A stretch of DNA of 60,491 nt, the filler included, from Nitrospirae bacterium CG2_30_53_67 (GTDB taxonomy: Bacteria; CG2-30-53-67), in the NCBI GenBank assembly GCA_001873285.1. It is 6 parts of 6 records of this genome, joined end to end, with 100 filler letters (N's around TTAATTAATTAA, not from the genome) between each part and the next. Parts side by side here need not be neighbours in the genome. Positions count along the whole stretch, not along the records: positions 24,888 to 43,136 come from MNYV01000113.1; positions 43,237 to 47,760 come from MNYV01000103.1; positions 47,861 to 51,720 come from MNYV01000151.1; 3 more parts are not named here. The stretch is one strand, 5' to 3'. Of the stretch, positions 39,188 to 49,004 are shown one piece after another; position 1 is the stretch's first letter; each line of letters begins with the position of its first letter. A program made the translations under genes and the position numbers. The notes beneath the pieces are model-generated. The model made no database searches, was not told the origin of the DNA, and was given only the letters and a program-made list of their open reading frames with translations.

Positions 39188-40669
39188 ATGTCTTTTTCAC
39201 ATTTTAAGCTTGCATCACCCATACTCAAAGCCGTAAGTCTCTGCGGCTACATCAAGCCCACGCCCATCCAGGAGCAGGCCATCCCCGAGGTTCTGGCCGG
39301 GCACGACCTGATCGCCTCGGCCCAGACCGGCACGGGGAAAACCGCGGCATTCGTCCTGCCTGCGCTCCAGCGCCTGAGCGCGCCGTCAACTGCGCAGGCC
39401 AAGTCCAGGGGGCCGCGCGTGCTCGTGCTGACGCCCACGCGGGAGCTGGCCAACCAGATTACCGACTCCGTACGCACCTACGGAAAGTTCATGCGCATCC
39501 GGAGCGGTGCGATCCTCGGCGGCATGCCGTACTTCGAACAGCAGAGGCTGCTGTCACAGCCTGTGGATATGATCGTGGCCACGCCGGGACGGCTGATCGA
39601 CCACATGGAAAGGGGCCGCATCAGTTTTTCACGCCTGGAGATCCTTGTCCTTGATGAAGCCGACCGCATGCTCGATATGGGATTCAGCGATGCCGTGTCT
39701 GCCATCGCGGCCGCGACCCCCGCCGGCCGCCAGACCCTCATGTTTACCGCCACCTGGGACAGGGCCCTGGAAAAGATGGCCCGGCGCCTGCTCAAAAACG
39801 CCGTTCGGGTGGAGATCATCGGGAAGAAAGCAACCCTTGAGCAGATCGAACAGCGTATCCACACCGTGGACGACACGCAGCACAAGAAACGGGTGCTCAG
39901 GCGCCTCATTGAGGACAGCAGTATGACCCGGGCGATCATCTTTTCGTCCACGAGGCAGAATGCCGACAGACTGGCGAGTGAACTGCACGACCAGGGTCAT
40001 GCGGCCGCGGCCCTGCACGGGGACATGAACCAGAATGCCCGCAACCGCACCATCATGAACATGCGCCGAGGCAAGATCAGGCTTCTTGTGGCGACCGACG
40101 TGGCCTCTCGAGGGCTCGATTTAACCGACGTCACCCACGTGATCAATTACGACCTGCCGATCAATGCGGAGGATTATGTCCACCGCATCGGCCGGACCGG
40201 AAGGGCAGGCGCTTCAGGTATCGCCATCTCTCTGGCTTCATGCCATGAACTCGATGTCCTTCAACGTATCGAACGCTACATCGGCCAGTCCCTGCCTCGG
40301 TATGTGATCCCGGGACTGGAACCGAAACGGCCTATGCGCCGATTAACGGAAAACAGAAACAGCCAAGGCTGGGGAAGAGCCGGGAGACAGACCACGGATG
40401 ACAGACGACCGTATAGAACGGGTGTAAAGAAGGCCACGGATGACGGACGACCGTATAGAAACAGCGGACAGAGGACAGCAACTGATCCATGGAGGACGGT
40501 TAGAGCAGAGAAGACTTCCTTATCCCGTCCATTCGGATCCCCATCAAAACGGAAATCAAATGATAAGGAAAGGCCTTTGCGGGATGGAAAATGGAATATG
40601 AAAAGGCACGGCATTAAAGCATCGGACTTCGTCAGCACCCAGTCCGGCGGGCAGAAACAATATGCATGA
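39188..40669 (+). CDS. DEAD-box RNA helicase
   Basis: SD AAGGAG then MSFSHF; AQTGTGKT, DEAD, HRIGRTGRAG; basic C-terminal tail. Confidence 0.95.
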   Translation: MSFSHFKLASPILKAVSLCGYIKPTPIQEQAIPEVLAGHDLIASAQTGTGKTAAFVLPALQRLSAPSTAQAKSRGPRVLVLTPTRELANQITDSVRTYGKFMRIRSGAILGGMPYFEQQRLLSQPVDMIVATPGRLIDHMERGRISFSRLEILVLDEADRMLDMGFSDAVSAIAAATPAGRQTLMFTATWDRALEKMARRLLKNAVRVEIIGKKATLEQIEQRIHTVDDTQHKKRVLRRLIEDSSMTRAIIFSSTRQNADRLASELHDQGHAAAALHGDMNQNARNRTIMNMRRGKIRLLVATDVASRGLDLTDVTHVINYDLPINAEDYVHRIGRTGRAGASGIAISLASCHELDVLQRIERYIGQSLPRYVIPGLEPKRPMRRLTENRNSQGWGRAGRQTTDDRRPYRTGVKKATDDGRPYRNSGQRTATDPWRTVRAEKTSLSRPFGSPSKRKSNDKERPLRDGKWNMKRHGIKASDFVSTQSGGQKQYA

Positions 40670-40701
40670 TTCCTATGCCGAAAATAAAATAAAAAATAAG
40701 C

Positions 40702-41082
<381 letters not shown>

Positions 41083-41108
41083 ATTTTGAATGAACGTTTC
41101 GAACCCGA

Positions 41109-41140
41109 AGCTCCATGGGAAACCATGGAGCTTTTTTTTT
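41109..41140 (+). terminator. Rho-independent terminator
   Basis: AGCTCCATGG-gaaa-CCATGGAGCT followed by a T-tract. Confidence 0.92.
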
Positions 41141-41226
41141 CTGACGGTCTCTCCGGATCGGGAGTCTCCGGACGGATTGACACCCCATACCATTTTGGGG
41201 GCCAGCATTCGCCGCCAAAATCTGTG

Positions 41227-41381
41227 AACCACAGAGTACACAGATGATTTTCTCTGTGTTCTCAAAACGATTGATAAAATAAGGCAAAACCTAATCTTTC
41301 AGAAAAGAGTGCACAGAGATGAGAAACTTGTTTAATGTTTTATCTCTATGATCCATCAGTTATTCTGTGCCCTCTGTGGTT
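41227..41381. repeat. CCACAGAG/CTCTGTGG palindromic element
   Basis: AACCACAGAG..CACAGA.. / ..TCTGTGCCCTCTGTGGTT. Confidence 0.7.
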
Positions 41382-41409
41382 TAATGGTGAATTTGGGGTG
41401 GCTTCTGCG

Positions 41410-41438
41410 TTGACAGGGGTTCGCCCCGGTGGTATCTT
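41410..41438 (+). promoter_or_regulatory. pyk promoter
   Basis: TTGACA-17-TATCTT with TG extension. Confidence 0.6.
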
Positions 41439-41497
41439 TTCCGTGTCGTCGGCGGAACCATCTTCACGTTTTTCGTGTTTACAAGCGGATTGTTTCC

Positions 41498-42931
41498 ATG
41501 AAAAGAGCCAAGTGCGTCTGTACCATAGGACCGGCATCGGGCAGAGCAGACATTCTCTCTTCCATGATCAGGAATGGGATGGACGTGGCAAGGCTGAATT
41601 TTTCTCACGGCGCCCATGAGGAACACAAGAAGTACATCAAGATGATCAGACAACAGTCTCTTGCCCTCAACAAGCCCGTGGCCGTTCTCCAGGATCTTCA
41701 GGGGATTAAAATCCGGATCGGAAAGGTTGAAAATGGACGCATCCGCCTGAAAACCGGAAGCACCGTGATGCTCAGAAAGGGAAAAGGCCTGTCCACACCG
41801 GCCTGTCTCTACATTGATTATCCCGGTCTGGTCCGGGATCTCCGGAAGGGCGACAGGGTCCTGATTGACGATGGACTGAAACTTCTCAGGGTAACCGGCA
41901 GGAATAAAGATGAAGTCTCGGCACGCGTCATAGAAGGCGGAGAGATCACGGATAAAAAAGGGGTGAACCTGCCCGACACCGAGCTTAAACTCTCCTCCTT
42001 TACGCCCAAGGACAGGAAGGATCTTGATTTGGGTATCCGGATGGGTGTGGACTACGTGGCGGTCTCCTTTGTGCGAAGGGCAAAGGATGTTCAGGAGGTC
42101 AAGGATTACATCGAGCGCAAAGGGGCAAAGATTCCGGTCATTGCAAAGATAGAGAAGCCCGAGGCCCTGGACCATATTGATGCCATCCTGTCGGCTGCCG
42201 ATGGGATCATGATCGCCCGGGGAGACCTGGGCGTGGAGATGAATACCGAGGATGTGCCCATGATCCAGAAAAAACTGATCCGGATGGCCAACCAGGCCGG
42301 CAAGATCGTCATCACCGCGACACAAATGCTGGAGTCCATGACCGGGCACCTGAGACCCACACGGGCCGAGGTGGCTGATGTTGCGAATGCCGTGCTGGAC
42401 GGGTCCGATGCGCTGATGCTTTCAGCCGAGACCTCCTCTGGCCGATACCCTCGGCAGGCGGTGAAGATGATGGCGAGGATCATCCGCAAAACCGAGACGA
42501 GCCTGGCCATCAAGGGGGCCTGGGCGGAACAGGGGACCCGGAAGACCGATGAGCCCTATGCCGTGGCCGATGCAGCCGTCCGGGCGGCACAGGATATTAA
42601 AGCGAGGGCCATCGTGGCTTTTACCCATTCCGGCTACACGGCCCGTCTTGTCTCGAAATTCAGGCCGTCTGTGCCCATCCTGGCCTTTGCCACGAATGAC
42701 CGTGTGCAAAGACGTCTTTCACTCTACTGGGGCGTGACCCCTCTGATGATGAGGCCTCACCGACATACCGACGACATGATTTCAGAGGTTGAAAAGCGTC
42801 TCCTGGAGATGGGCGAGGTCAAAAAGGGGGATACCGTGGTCATTATTGCCAGTTCGCCTCTTTCAACAAGCGGGCGAACCAACTTGATGAAGCTTCACAG
42901 AATTACGGATCATCTCCAAAAGAGTGGGTGA
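41498..42931 (+). CDS. pyk: Pyruvate kinase
   Basis: CTIGPAS, ARLNFSHG, IAKIEK, MIARGDLG, TATQMLESM, PTRAE. Confidence 0.98.
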   Translation: MKRAKCVCTIGPASGRADILSSMIRNGMDVARLNFSHGAHEEHKKYIKMIRQQSLALNKPVAVLQDLQGIKIRIGKVENGRIRLKTGSTVMLRKGKGLSTPACLYIDYPGLVRDLRKGDRVLIDDGLKLLRVTGRNKDEVSARVIEGGEITDKKGVNLPDTELKLSSFTPKDRKDLDLGIRMGVDYVAVSFVRRAKDVQEVKDYIERKGAKIPVIAKIEKPEALDHIDAILSAADGIMIARGDLGVEMNTEDVPMIQKKLIRMANQAGKIVITATQMLESMTGHLRPTRAEVADVANAVLDGSDALMLSAETSSGRYPRQAVKMMARIIRKTETSLAIKGAWAEQGTRKTDEPYAVADAAVRAAQDIKARAIVAFTHSGYTARLVSKFRPSVPILAFATNDRVQRRLSLYWGVTPLMMRPHRHTDDMISEVEKRLLEMGEVKKGDTVVIIASSPLSTSGRTNLMKLHRITDHLQKSG

Positions 42932-42976
42932 AAACATCAGGGGGCAAGGGGTCAAGGATTCCAGGGGTCAAGTGAA

Positions 42977-43136
42977 GTGCTCAAACACTACAAGGAGTTA
43001 AAGGAAGGGCCCCAGTCTTATCAATTATGCTTGGAGATTTACAAATTGCGAATTGGAGACACAAGTATTACTCGCTGGAGATCTTGGTTATATCAGGGAT
43101 GAGAAGTTAATGAGACTCAAGAGGGATATCGAGGAG
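42977..43136 (+). pseudogene. Four-helix-bundle (23S rRNA IVP-like) gene relic with internal deletion and frameshift, preceded by an octamer-repeat arm (42939-42976)
   Basis: VLKHYKELKEGPQSYQLCLEIYK, then in the +1 frame CELETQVLLAGDLGYIRDEKLMRLKRDIEE. Confidence 0.8.
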
Positions 43137-43236
43137 NNNNNNNNNNNNNNNNNNNNNNNNNNNNNNNNNNNNNNNNNNNNTTAATTAATTAANNNNNNNN
43201 NNNNNNNNNNNNNNNNNNNNNNNNNNNNNNNNNNNN
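43137..43236. other. Artificial contig linker
   Basis: N-TTAATTAATTAA-N. Confidence 0.98.
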
Positions 43237-43449
43237 CTGTATTACATCCTGATCGGGGCCGGACGAAAGCTCGGGTCCGAAGGGTTTATCCATCCGATCC
43301 TGGCTGCATGGATTCCCAATATGGTCTTCGGAACGTTAGGAGTCTATCTCCTCCTGAAAACTTCTCAAAAGATCCCGGCTGGACGAAGCGGGGAGGACAG
43401 CCGCATCTCCCGGATCAGGGAAAAAATACGGCGGATTTTCGGCATCTGA
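43237..43449 (+). CDS. lptF: LptF-like permease, C-terminal fragment
   Basis: LYYILIGAGRKLGSEGFIHPILAAWIPNMVFGTLGVYLL..*, upstream of lptG. Confidence 0.75.
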   Translation: MYYILIGAGRKLGSEGFIHPILAAWIPNMVFGTLGVYLLLKTSQKIPAGRSGEDSRISRIREKIRRIFGI

Positions 43450-43494
43450 GAAAGGACAAGAGATGAAACCAGTGCACAGAGAAAAGCCTTTTTC

Positions 43495-43626
43495 GCCACC
43501 AAGGCACAAAGGCGCCAAAAAACTATTCAGCCACGAATTGACACAAATAAACAACAGCCGTTTCTTTGTGCAGATTCGTGTTCATTAGCGGTAAAAAGGT
43601 TTTTTTTCTCTGTGTCCTCTGTGGTG
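43495..43626. repeat. Cluster of CCACxxxx-CAC family palindromic units
   Basis: CCACCAAGGCACAAAG, CCACGAATTGACACAAAT/ATTCGTGTTCATTAGCGG, CTCTGTGTCCTCTGTGG. Confidence 0.65.
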
Positions 43627-43662
43627 CGGCTTTGATAATACAACCATAAGGAAAAGAGCGGA

Positions 43663-44745
43663 ATGAAAATCCTTTCACGATATATTGGAAGAGAGTTTAT
43701 AAAAATATTTTTGTTATGTTTTTCTGCCGTGGCCATCATCTACTTACTGGCCCACTTCCTCGGCAAAATTGATGAGTTTATCGAATTCAAGGCCGATCCC
43801 TCACTGATTGCAACCTTAATTCTGTTGAAACTCCCCGTCATCTTCTACGAGGTCCTTCCCGTGGTGGTCCTTCTATCAACCCTCTTCACCCTCGGTTTTC
43901 TTTCGAGGAACAACGAGATCACGGCATTGCGCTCGTGCGGGACGGGTCTTATCCCTCTTCTCCTTCCGGTCTTTTCCGTGATCCTGCTGCTCGCCTTTTT
44001 ATCCATGGTTGACGGGGAATGGCTTGTTCCTTATGCAAACCGGAAATCGAACTATCTCGATGACGTGGCCTTGAAAAAGAGGGCGCCCATCCTAGCCCTG
44101 AAGAACAACCGGATCTGGTTCCATACCGGCGAGAACACCTTCTGCAATATTCTCAAGGTGGACCCGGGAAAGGGGATTTTAAACAATATCACTCTTTATG
44201 TTTTCAACAAGGATTTTGACCTCGTCACACGGATGGATGCGGACAAGGTCTCCTGGGACGGACACCGGTGGACCACTAGGGACGGAACCGAATGGAGGTT
44301 CACCGGATCAGGGACCCTGGAGCAGGAACGTCATTTCCAGGGCCCCTTCCCGCTTACGGTCCCCCTCGAGGATATGATCCACGTGGAAAAATTGCCCGCC
44401 GCTATGAGATATGCCGAACTTCGGGACTATATTCGGATCCTCAAGCGAAATGGTTATCCGTCCGCATCCTATGAAGTCGACCTTTATGCCAAGACCGCCT
44501 ATCCTGTGATCAGTCTGATCATGGCCCTGCTCGGTGTGCCGTTCGCGCTGCAGGTCAATAGGAGCGGCGGGGCAGGGATGAGCATCGGGCTTTCCCTGGG
44601 GATCGGATTTATCTGCTGGATGGTCTTTTCCGTGGGGCTTTCTTTGGGGCACGCGGGGTATCTTCCCCCGCTTTTAGCCGCCTGGATGGTGAATGCCCTG
44701 TTCGGAGCGGGAGGATTTTACTGGACGAGCCGCCTTCGCTATTGA
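43663..44745 (+). CDS. lptG: LPS export ABC permease LptG
   Basis: ILSRYI, LSRNNEITALRSCG, LPPLLAAW. Confidence 0.9.
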   Translation: MKILSRYIGREFIKIFLLCFSAVAIIYLLAHFLGKIDEFIEFKADPSLIATLILLKLPVIFYEVLPVVVLLSTLFTLGFLSRNNEITALRSCGTGLIPLLLPVFSVILLLAFLSMVDGEWLVPYANRKSNYLDDVALKKRAPILALKNNRIWFHTGENTFCNILKVDPGKGILNNITLYVFNKDFDLVTRMDADKVSWDGHRWTTRDGTEWRFTGSGTLEQERHFQGPFPLTVPLEDMIHVEKLPAAMRYAELRDYIRILKRNGYPSASYEVDLYAKTAYPVISLIMALLGVPFALQVNRSGGAGMSIGLSLGIGFICWMVFSVGLSLGHAGYLPPLLAAWMVNALFGAGGFYWTSRLRY

Positions 44746-44763
44746 GCTCTCACATATAAAATG

Positions 44764-45783
44764 CTATGACCGGAGCTCCGACATAGCCAGTTTTGAAAGC
44801 TCCGCCATCTGTGCCGGTTTCCCTACGCAGATCAGGCGGTCGCCGGTGCGCAGGATGGTCTCCGGGGTCAAATTCGTAATCAGCCGGCCATCTTCCTTCT
44901 GGATCGCCACAATCAGCACACCGAGTTCCTCCCGGATTTTAGACCGGCCGATGGGGACTCCGTTGTAGACCGATCCTTGGGCAACCTGAACGGAATCCAG
45001 ACGAAAATCCATGTTGGCGCTGCTGCTCACCGCCGTATCCAGAAAGCTCGTAATGTGGGGATGAAAGACGCTCTGAGCTATCTTCATGGCGCCGATCACA
45101 TAAGGAGAGACTACGATGTCGGCGCCCGACCTCTTCAGTTTCTTCTCCGATCCTTCTTCTCCGGCCCGGGCGATGATCTTCAGTTTTGGATTCAACCCTC
45201 GAGCGGAGAGCACAAGAAACAGGTTTTCCGCATCCGTATTCAGAACGGATATCAGCCCATGGGCCCGTTCGATCCCCGCAGAAAACAAAACCTCGTCATT
45301 GGTTGCATCCCCCTGGATGACCATATAGCCCTTATCCTGTATTTCAGTGACCACCTCAGGGTTTTTCTCGATCACGACGAAGGGGCGCCCGGCCATGGCA
45401 AACTCCGCACAGATATGTTTCCCCATACGGCCGTATCCGCAGATCATATAATGCCCGGTCAGCTTCTTGATCTTCTCGTTCACTTTTTTCCTCCCGAAGA
45501 TATCCCGGATCTCTCCTTCCAGGATGATTTCTATTGCGTTTTTGAGAGCATAGGCCGTGGTTCCCACACCGCAGATAATCAGGAAGATCGTAAAGATCCT
45601 CCCGGTCCCGTTCATCTGATGAACCTCCTGGAAACCGATGGTGGAGAGCGTAATCACGGTCATGTATATGGAATCGACCAGCGGCCACCCTTCTAAAATC
45701 ATATATCCGGAGGACCCCAGGAATATAATGCACAGCAGAGTCAGTAAGGAATATTTCAGCCTCTTCAACGGATCGACCAACAT
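44764..45783 (-). CDS. Potassium channel with TrkA-N/TrkA-C (RCK) domains
   Basis: Pore TLSTIGF, ICGYGRMG, GDAT, TrkA-C. Confidence 0.93.
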   Translation of the reverse strand: MLVDPLKRLKYSLLTLLCIIFLGSSGYMILEGWPLVDSIYMTVITLSTIGFQEVHQMNGTGRIFTIFLIICGVGTTAYALKNAIEIILEGEIRDIFGRKKVNEKIKKLTGHYMICGYGRMGKHICAEFAMAGRPFVVIEKNPEVVTEIQDKGYMVIQGDATNDEVLFSAGIERAHGLISVLNTDAENLFLVLSARGLNPKLKIIARAGEEGSEKKLKRSGADIVVSPYVIGAMKIAQSVFHPHITSFLDTAVSSSANMDFRLDSVQVAQGSVYNGVPIGRSKIREELGVLIVAIQKEDGRLITNLTPETILRTGDRLICVGKPAQMAELSKLAMSELRS

Positions 45784-45817
45784 CTACCTCCATAATAAAT
45801 CAGGTTCTTCTACAATA

Positions 45818-46057
45818 AGGGTTCAAGGGTTCAAGGGTTCAAGGGAAATACTGATACCGGTAAACCGAGTACAAGAACGCAAGCAAAATCTCCAGGGAGA
45901 AACACTGGAACCCAAGATGCCTTAGTGTAATAGCCGTCGCAGACGGTCCCGGCCCGGCAAAAATAGATTCAAGGAGATGCCGGGATCTAACGACAAAAAT
46001 AGAGAAAAGCGGTGCACGCGAAGCGTAACCCTTGACCCCTGGGCCCCTGGGCCCCTT
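45818..46057 (+). repeat. Dispersed ~240-bp element, complete copy B with inverted octamer-repeat arms
   Basis: (AGGGTTCA)3 .. CCCTTGACCCCTGGGCCCCTGGGCCCCT; core matches 24567-24787. Confidence 0.92.
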
Positions 46058-46547
46058 ATGTTTTTAACATCTCCCTCAAGGTCCTGACCATATGCCGGTA
46101 GTGGGTCCCCTGCCAGTAAACCCGCCCGCACGTAAGACACCGGCCGAACTTCGACTCCGTGAGGCAGATATATTCAGGGACATGGTCTTTGAGATCTTTT
46201 TTTTCAGCGCTTACCAGCCGTGTATTGCACCGGACACACCGGCTCAGGACTTGTTCCGGATCGAATGGATAGGTCTGCATCACCTCCTTGATCTGATCCA
46301 TGGGATCATCGGCAAGGATCAGCATGTGCTCACCCACCCCTCTGCGCCGGACCAAACGGGTATCCCGTGTAAGCAGGACCCGATGCCATTCCCGCGCCCA
46401 GGCAAGAAGGGTCCCGTCATTCACGGGATTTTTATACCAGACGTCGTATCCCAGAACCCGCATCCATCGGGCCAATTTTCCCAGCATCATGTCCGCGACA
46501 AAAGAGGGGTCCAAACGGTCCTGCGCCATCTGCATCACCTCTTGCAA
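46056..46547 (-). CDS. Mut7-C RNase (PIN-like) domain protein
   Basis: FVADMMLGKLARWMRVLGYD, LLTRD, RCVRCN, CLTCGRVYWQGTH; start may be a later Met. Confidence 0.92.
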   Translation of the reverse strand: MQEVMQMAQDRLDPSFVADMMLGKLARWMRVLGYDVWYKNPVNDGTLLAWAREWHRVLLTRDTRLVRRRGVGEHMLILADDPMDQIKEVMQTYPFDPEQVLSRCVRCNTRLVSAEKKDLKDHVPEYICLTESKFGRCLTCGRVYWQGTHYRHMVRTLREMLKT

Positions 46548-46604
46548 ACAGGGAAATCATAACCGCGCTACAATAACATTTATCCTATCATCCATGCAAA
46601 TGAC

Positions 46605-46632
46605 AAAAAAAAGCCCGCCGAAGCGGGCTTTA
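46605..46632 (-). terminator. Terminator after the HDAC gene
   Basis: AAGCCCGC-cgaa-GCGGGCTT with A8 on the plus side. Confidence 0.8.
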
Positions 46633-46824
46633 AAGGGGGATGGGGATCGGTGTTAAGCAAGGGGGATTGCTTTTTTTTCCTTTCCCCAGGGGTACTCTCG
46701 TACCTTGTTTCTATATGATTAGTAACCTTTTAAACCAAAAAGTCGCGAAAAAAATGAGAAAAAGATCATTATTATTATAACACTTTGATTTTAAAGGAGA
46801 TAATTCTCAGAGTTTTCCAGGGAT

Positions 46825-47760
46825 CTACCGATTTTTTTGTCCGATCAGGGCCGAGAGGTGGGCCCTGACCGATCTTTTAAGGGCTGAAAGGTCATACCCC
46901 CCTTCCAGAGCGGAGACGATCCGGCCATGGGCATGCCTTTCGGCAAGGCGGACCAGGCTTTCCGTCATCCCGCTGAAACCCTTTTCGGTTACCTGCATTC
47001 CTGCGAGGGGGTCATCCTTGTGGGCATCAAAGCCTGCGGATATCAGGATCAGATCAGGGGCAAAGTCGGAAGCCGCAGGGATCAGGACTTTTTCAATGGC
47101 CTCCAGATATTCCCGGTCTCCGCTTCCGGCCGGTAGAGGATGATTGAGCGTAAAACCGGCTCCCTCCCCTTCTCCTGTTTGATTCCGGCTCCCGGTCCCG
47201 GGATAATGGGGATACTGGTGGATGCTGAAATAAAGAACCGAGGGATCGTTATAAAAAGCGCTCTGTGTCCCGTTCCCGTGATGCACATCCCAGTCAACGA
47301 TTAAAATTTTTTCCAGACCATGTTTCATCTGTGCATACCGGGCGGCCACGGCCACATTGTTGAACAGGCAGAACCCCATGGCATGATCTCGCTCTGCATG
47401 ATGTCCCGGAGGGCGGACCGCGCAAAACGCATTGTTCACTTCACCTTTGATCACCGCATCCACCGCGGCCAGGAGACCGCCGGCGGCGAGGCGGGCCTCT
47501 TCATAGGATTCCGGAGAGATAAACGTATCGGGGTCGAGCGCACGGATTCCCGAGGCCGAGGCCTCCTGGACCTGCAGGATATACAACCGATCATGGACCT
47601 CCGAGAGCTCTTCGATCTCAGCCTTTCTCGGTTGAAGTCTCATGAGATGCGGATGCAGATCCGTATTATGAAACAGATCCTCGACCACCGTCAGCCGCTT
47701 TGCCGATTCCGGATGCGCGCCGGTATCATGGCGGTACCCGGAGACCAGCAATCCTGTTCT
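46825..47760 (-). CDS. Histone deacetylase family protein (start lost at linker)
   Basis: HPES..R, RPPGHHA, GFCLFNN, DWDVHHGNGTQ, SAGFDAH, LEGGY. Confidence 0.96.
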   Translation of the reverse strand, partial: RTGLLVSGYRHDTGAHPESAKRLTVVEDLFHNTDLHPHLMRLQPRKAEIEELSEVHDRLYILQVQEASASGIRALDPDTFISPESYEEARLAAGGLLAAVDAVIKGEVNNAFCAVRPPGHHAERDHAMGFCLFNNVAVAARYAQMKHGLEKILIVDWDVHHGNGTQSAFYNDPSVLYFSIHQYPHYPGTGSRNQTGEGEGAGFTLNHPLPAGSGDREYLEAIEKVLIPAASDFAPDLILISAGFDAHKDDPLAGMQVTEKGFSGMTESLVRLAERHAHGRIVSALEGGYDLSALKRSVRAHLSALIGQKNR

Positions 47761-47860
47761 NNNNNNNNNNNNNNNNNNNNNNNNNNNNNNNNNNNNNNNN
47801 NNNNTTAATTAATTAANNNNNNNNNNNNNNNNNNNNNNNNNNNNNNNNNNNNNNNNNNNN
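47761..47860. other. Artificial contig linker
   Basis: N-TTAATTAATTAA-N. Confidence 0.98.
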
Positions 47861-48528
47861 CCAAGCCCCGGAGCCGACCGCTCAAGGCTGAACACATTGA
47901 CAGGGATCTCATAAACATCATGAGATACGGAAATATAATTCCTTTTCAGGCCAAGGTTCTGCAATAAACAGGTTGGATAGGCGTAACGAAACGAGCTGTC
48001 ATAATTTATCCCATTAACCCTTAAAGCCTCAAGGGTATCCTCATTTGCGCTGTAGGCGCCCGCCCTGTGGATGACGGGCTCCTTATTGATCCACTTCTTC
48101 AGAAGGTCCTTTCCGTCCCGGATGATTTGTATCTGCTCATTCAGGGAATACTGGTACATCATATTTCTATTTTTATCATAGACCCATTGGGGGTGCGTAT
48201 GCAACTCTACATCAAAACCATTATGGTCCATAAACGCTGCGATATCTTTCAGGGGCTTTTCTCCGTATTCCTTGTATTCATACACGTTAAGAAAGAATGT
48301 GGCCTTTACGTTGTGCCGGTCACAAATGCTCATCATCCTGGTGATGCCGCAGGGGGTTCCATCAATTTTCAGGTCGAATTGTTCCGGGAGGGATACTTTG
48401 CAATCGTCATGATTGATGGATTCCGCGTCGATGGTGATGACGACAACGGGCTTTCCCGGGACCTCGGCAAAGACTTTTCCTGAGACAAGGACCGGAATAA
48501 TGAAAAGGATGATAAAAAATCTTTTCAT
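47861..48528 (-). CDS. Exported polysaccharide deacetylase family protein (3' truncated)
   Basis: Signal peptide; ITIDAE, KATFF, ELHTHP, HRAGAY, YDSS. Confidence 0.85.
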
Positions 48529-48603
48529 GAATGGATTGACTTTTACGGCGCGGCTACCAGCAGATGCCATCATAGGCGGCCTCAGTTGAAATGTCATCAG
48601 TGA
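48526..48603. repeat. 78-bp duplicate of the dehydrogenase 3' end, spacer and next ATG (original at 48977-49054)
   Basis: 75/78 identical. Confidence 0.92.
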
Positions 48604-48719
48604 TTCTCTACCCGCATAGCGGGTGGCATCAGGATGCCCCCCGGGGGCATTAACCCAAAACAAGCTCCGTGGCCAGCCAAAACGCCATGCTGCACCGCAA
48701 CAGAAATCGTAACCAGTTT

Positions 48720-48785
48720 GTCATTGTCCGGCTTGACCGGACAATCCAGTATGTTCTGGATTCCCCGATCAAGTCGGGGAATGAC
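48720..48785. repeat. REP-like double-hairpin element (copy 2)
   Basis: Same arms as 21548-21616. Confidence 0.9.
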
Positions 48786-49004
48786 GGTGTTTTTGATTCA
48801 TCACGAACTGTATATTTGCTGTCCCATCTGATGTGCTATAAACTTTTCCACTCTTACATAGGATCTTCCTCCTGCTCCATACGAGGCTTTCCCGGAGGAA
48901 GAGCCTATCTTATTTCTCCCCGGATCGGTAGAACCTCTCCGAGTCCACCACCAGAGGTGGTGGGTTTAGAATAAAACATGAATGGATCGACTTTTACGGC
49001 GCGG

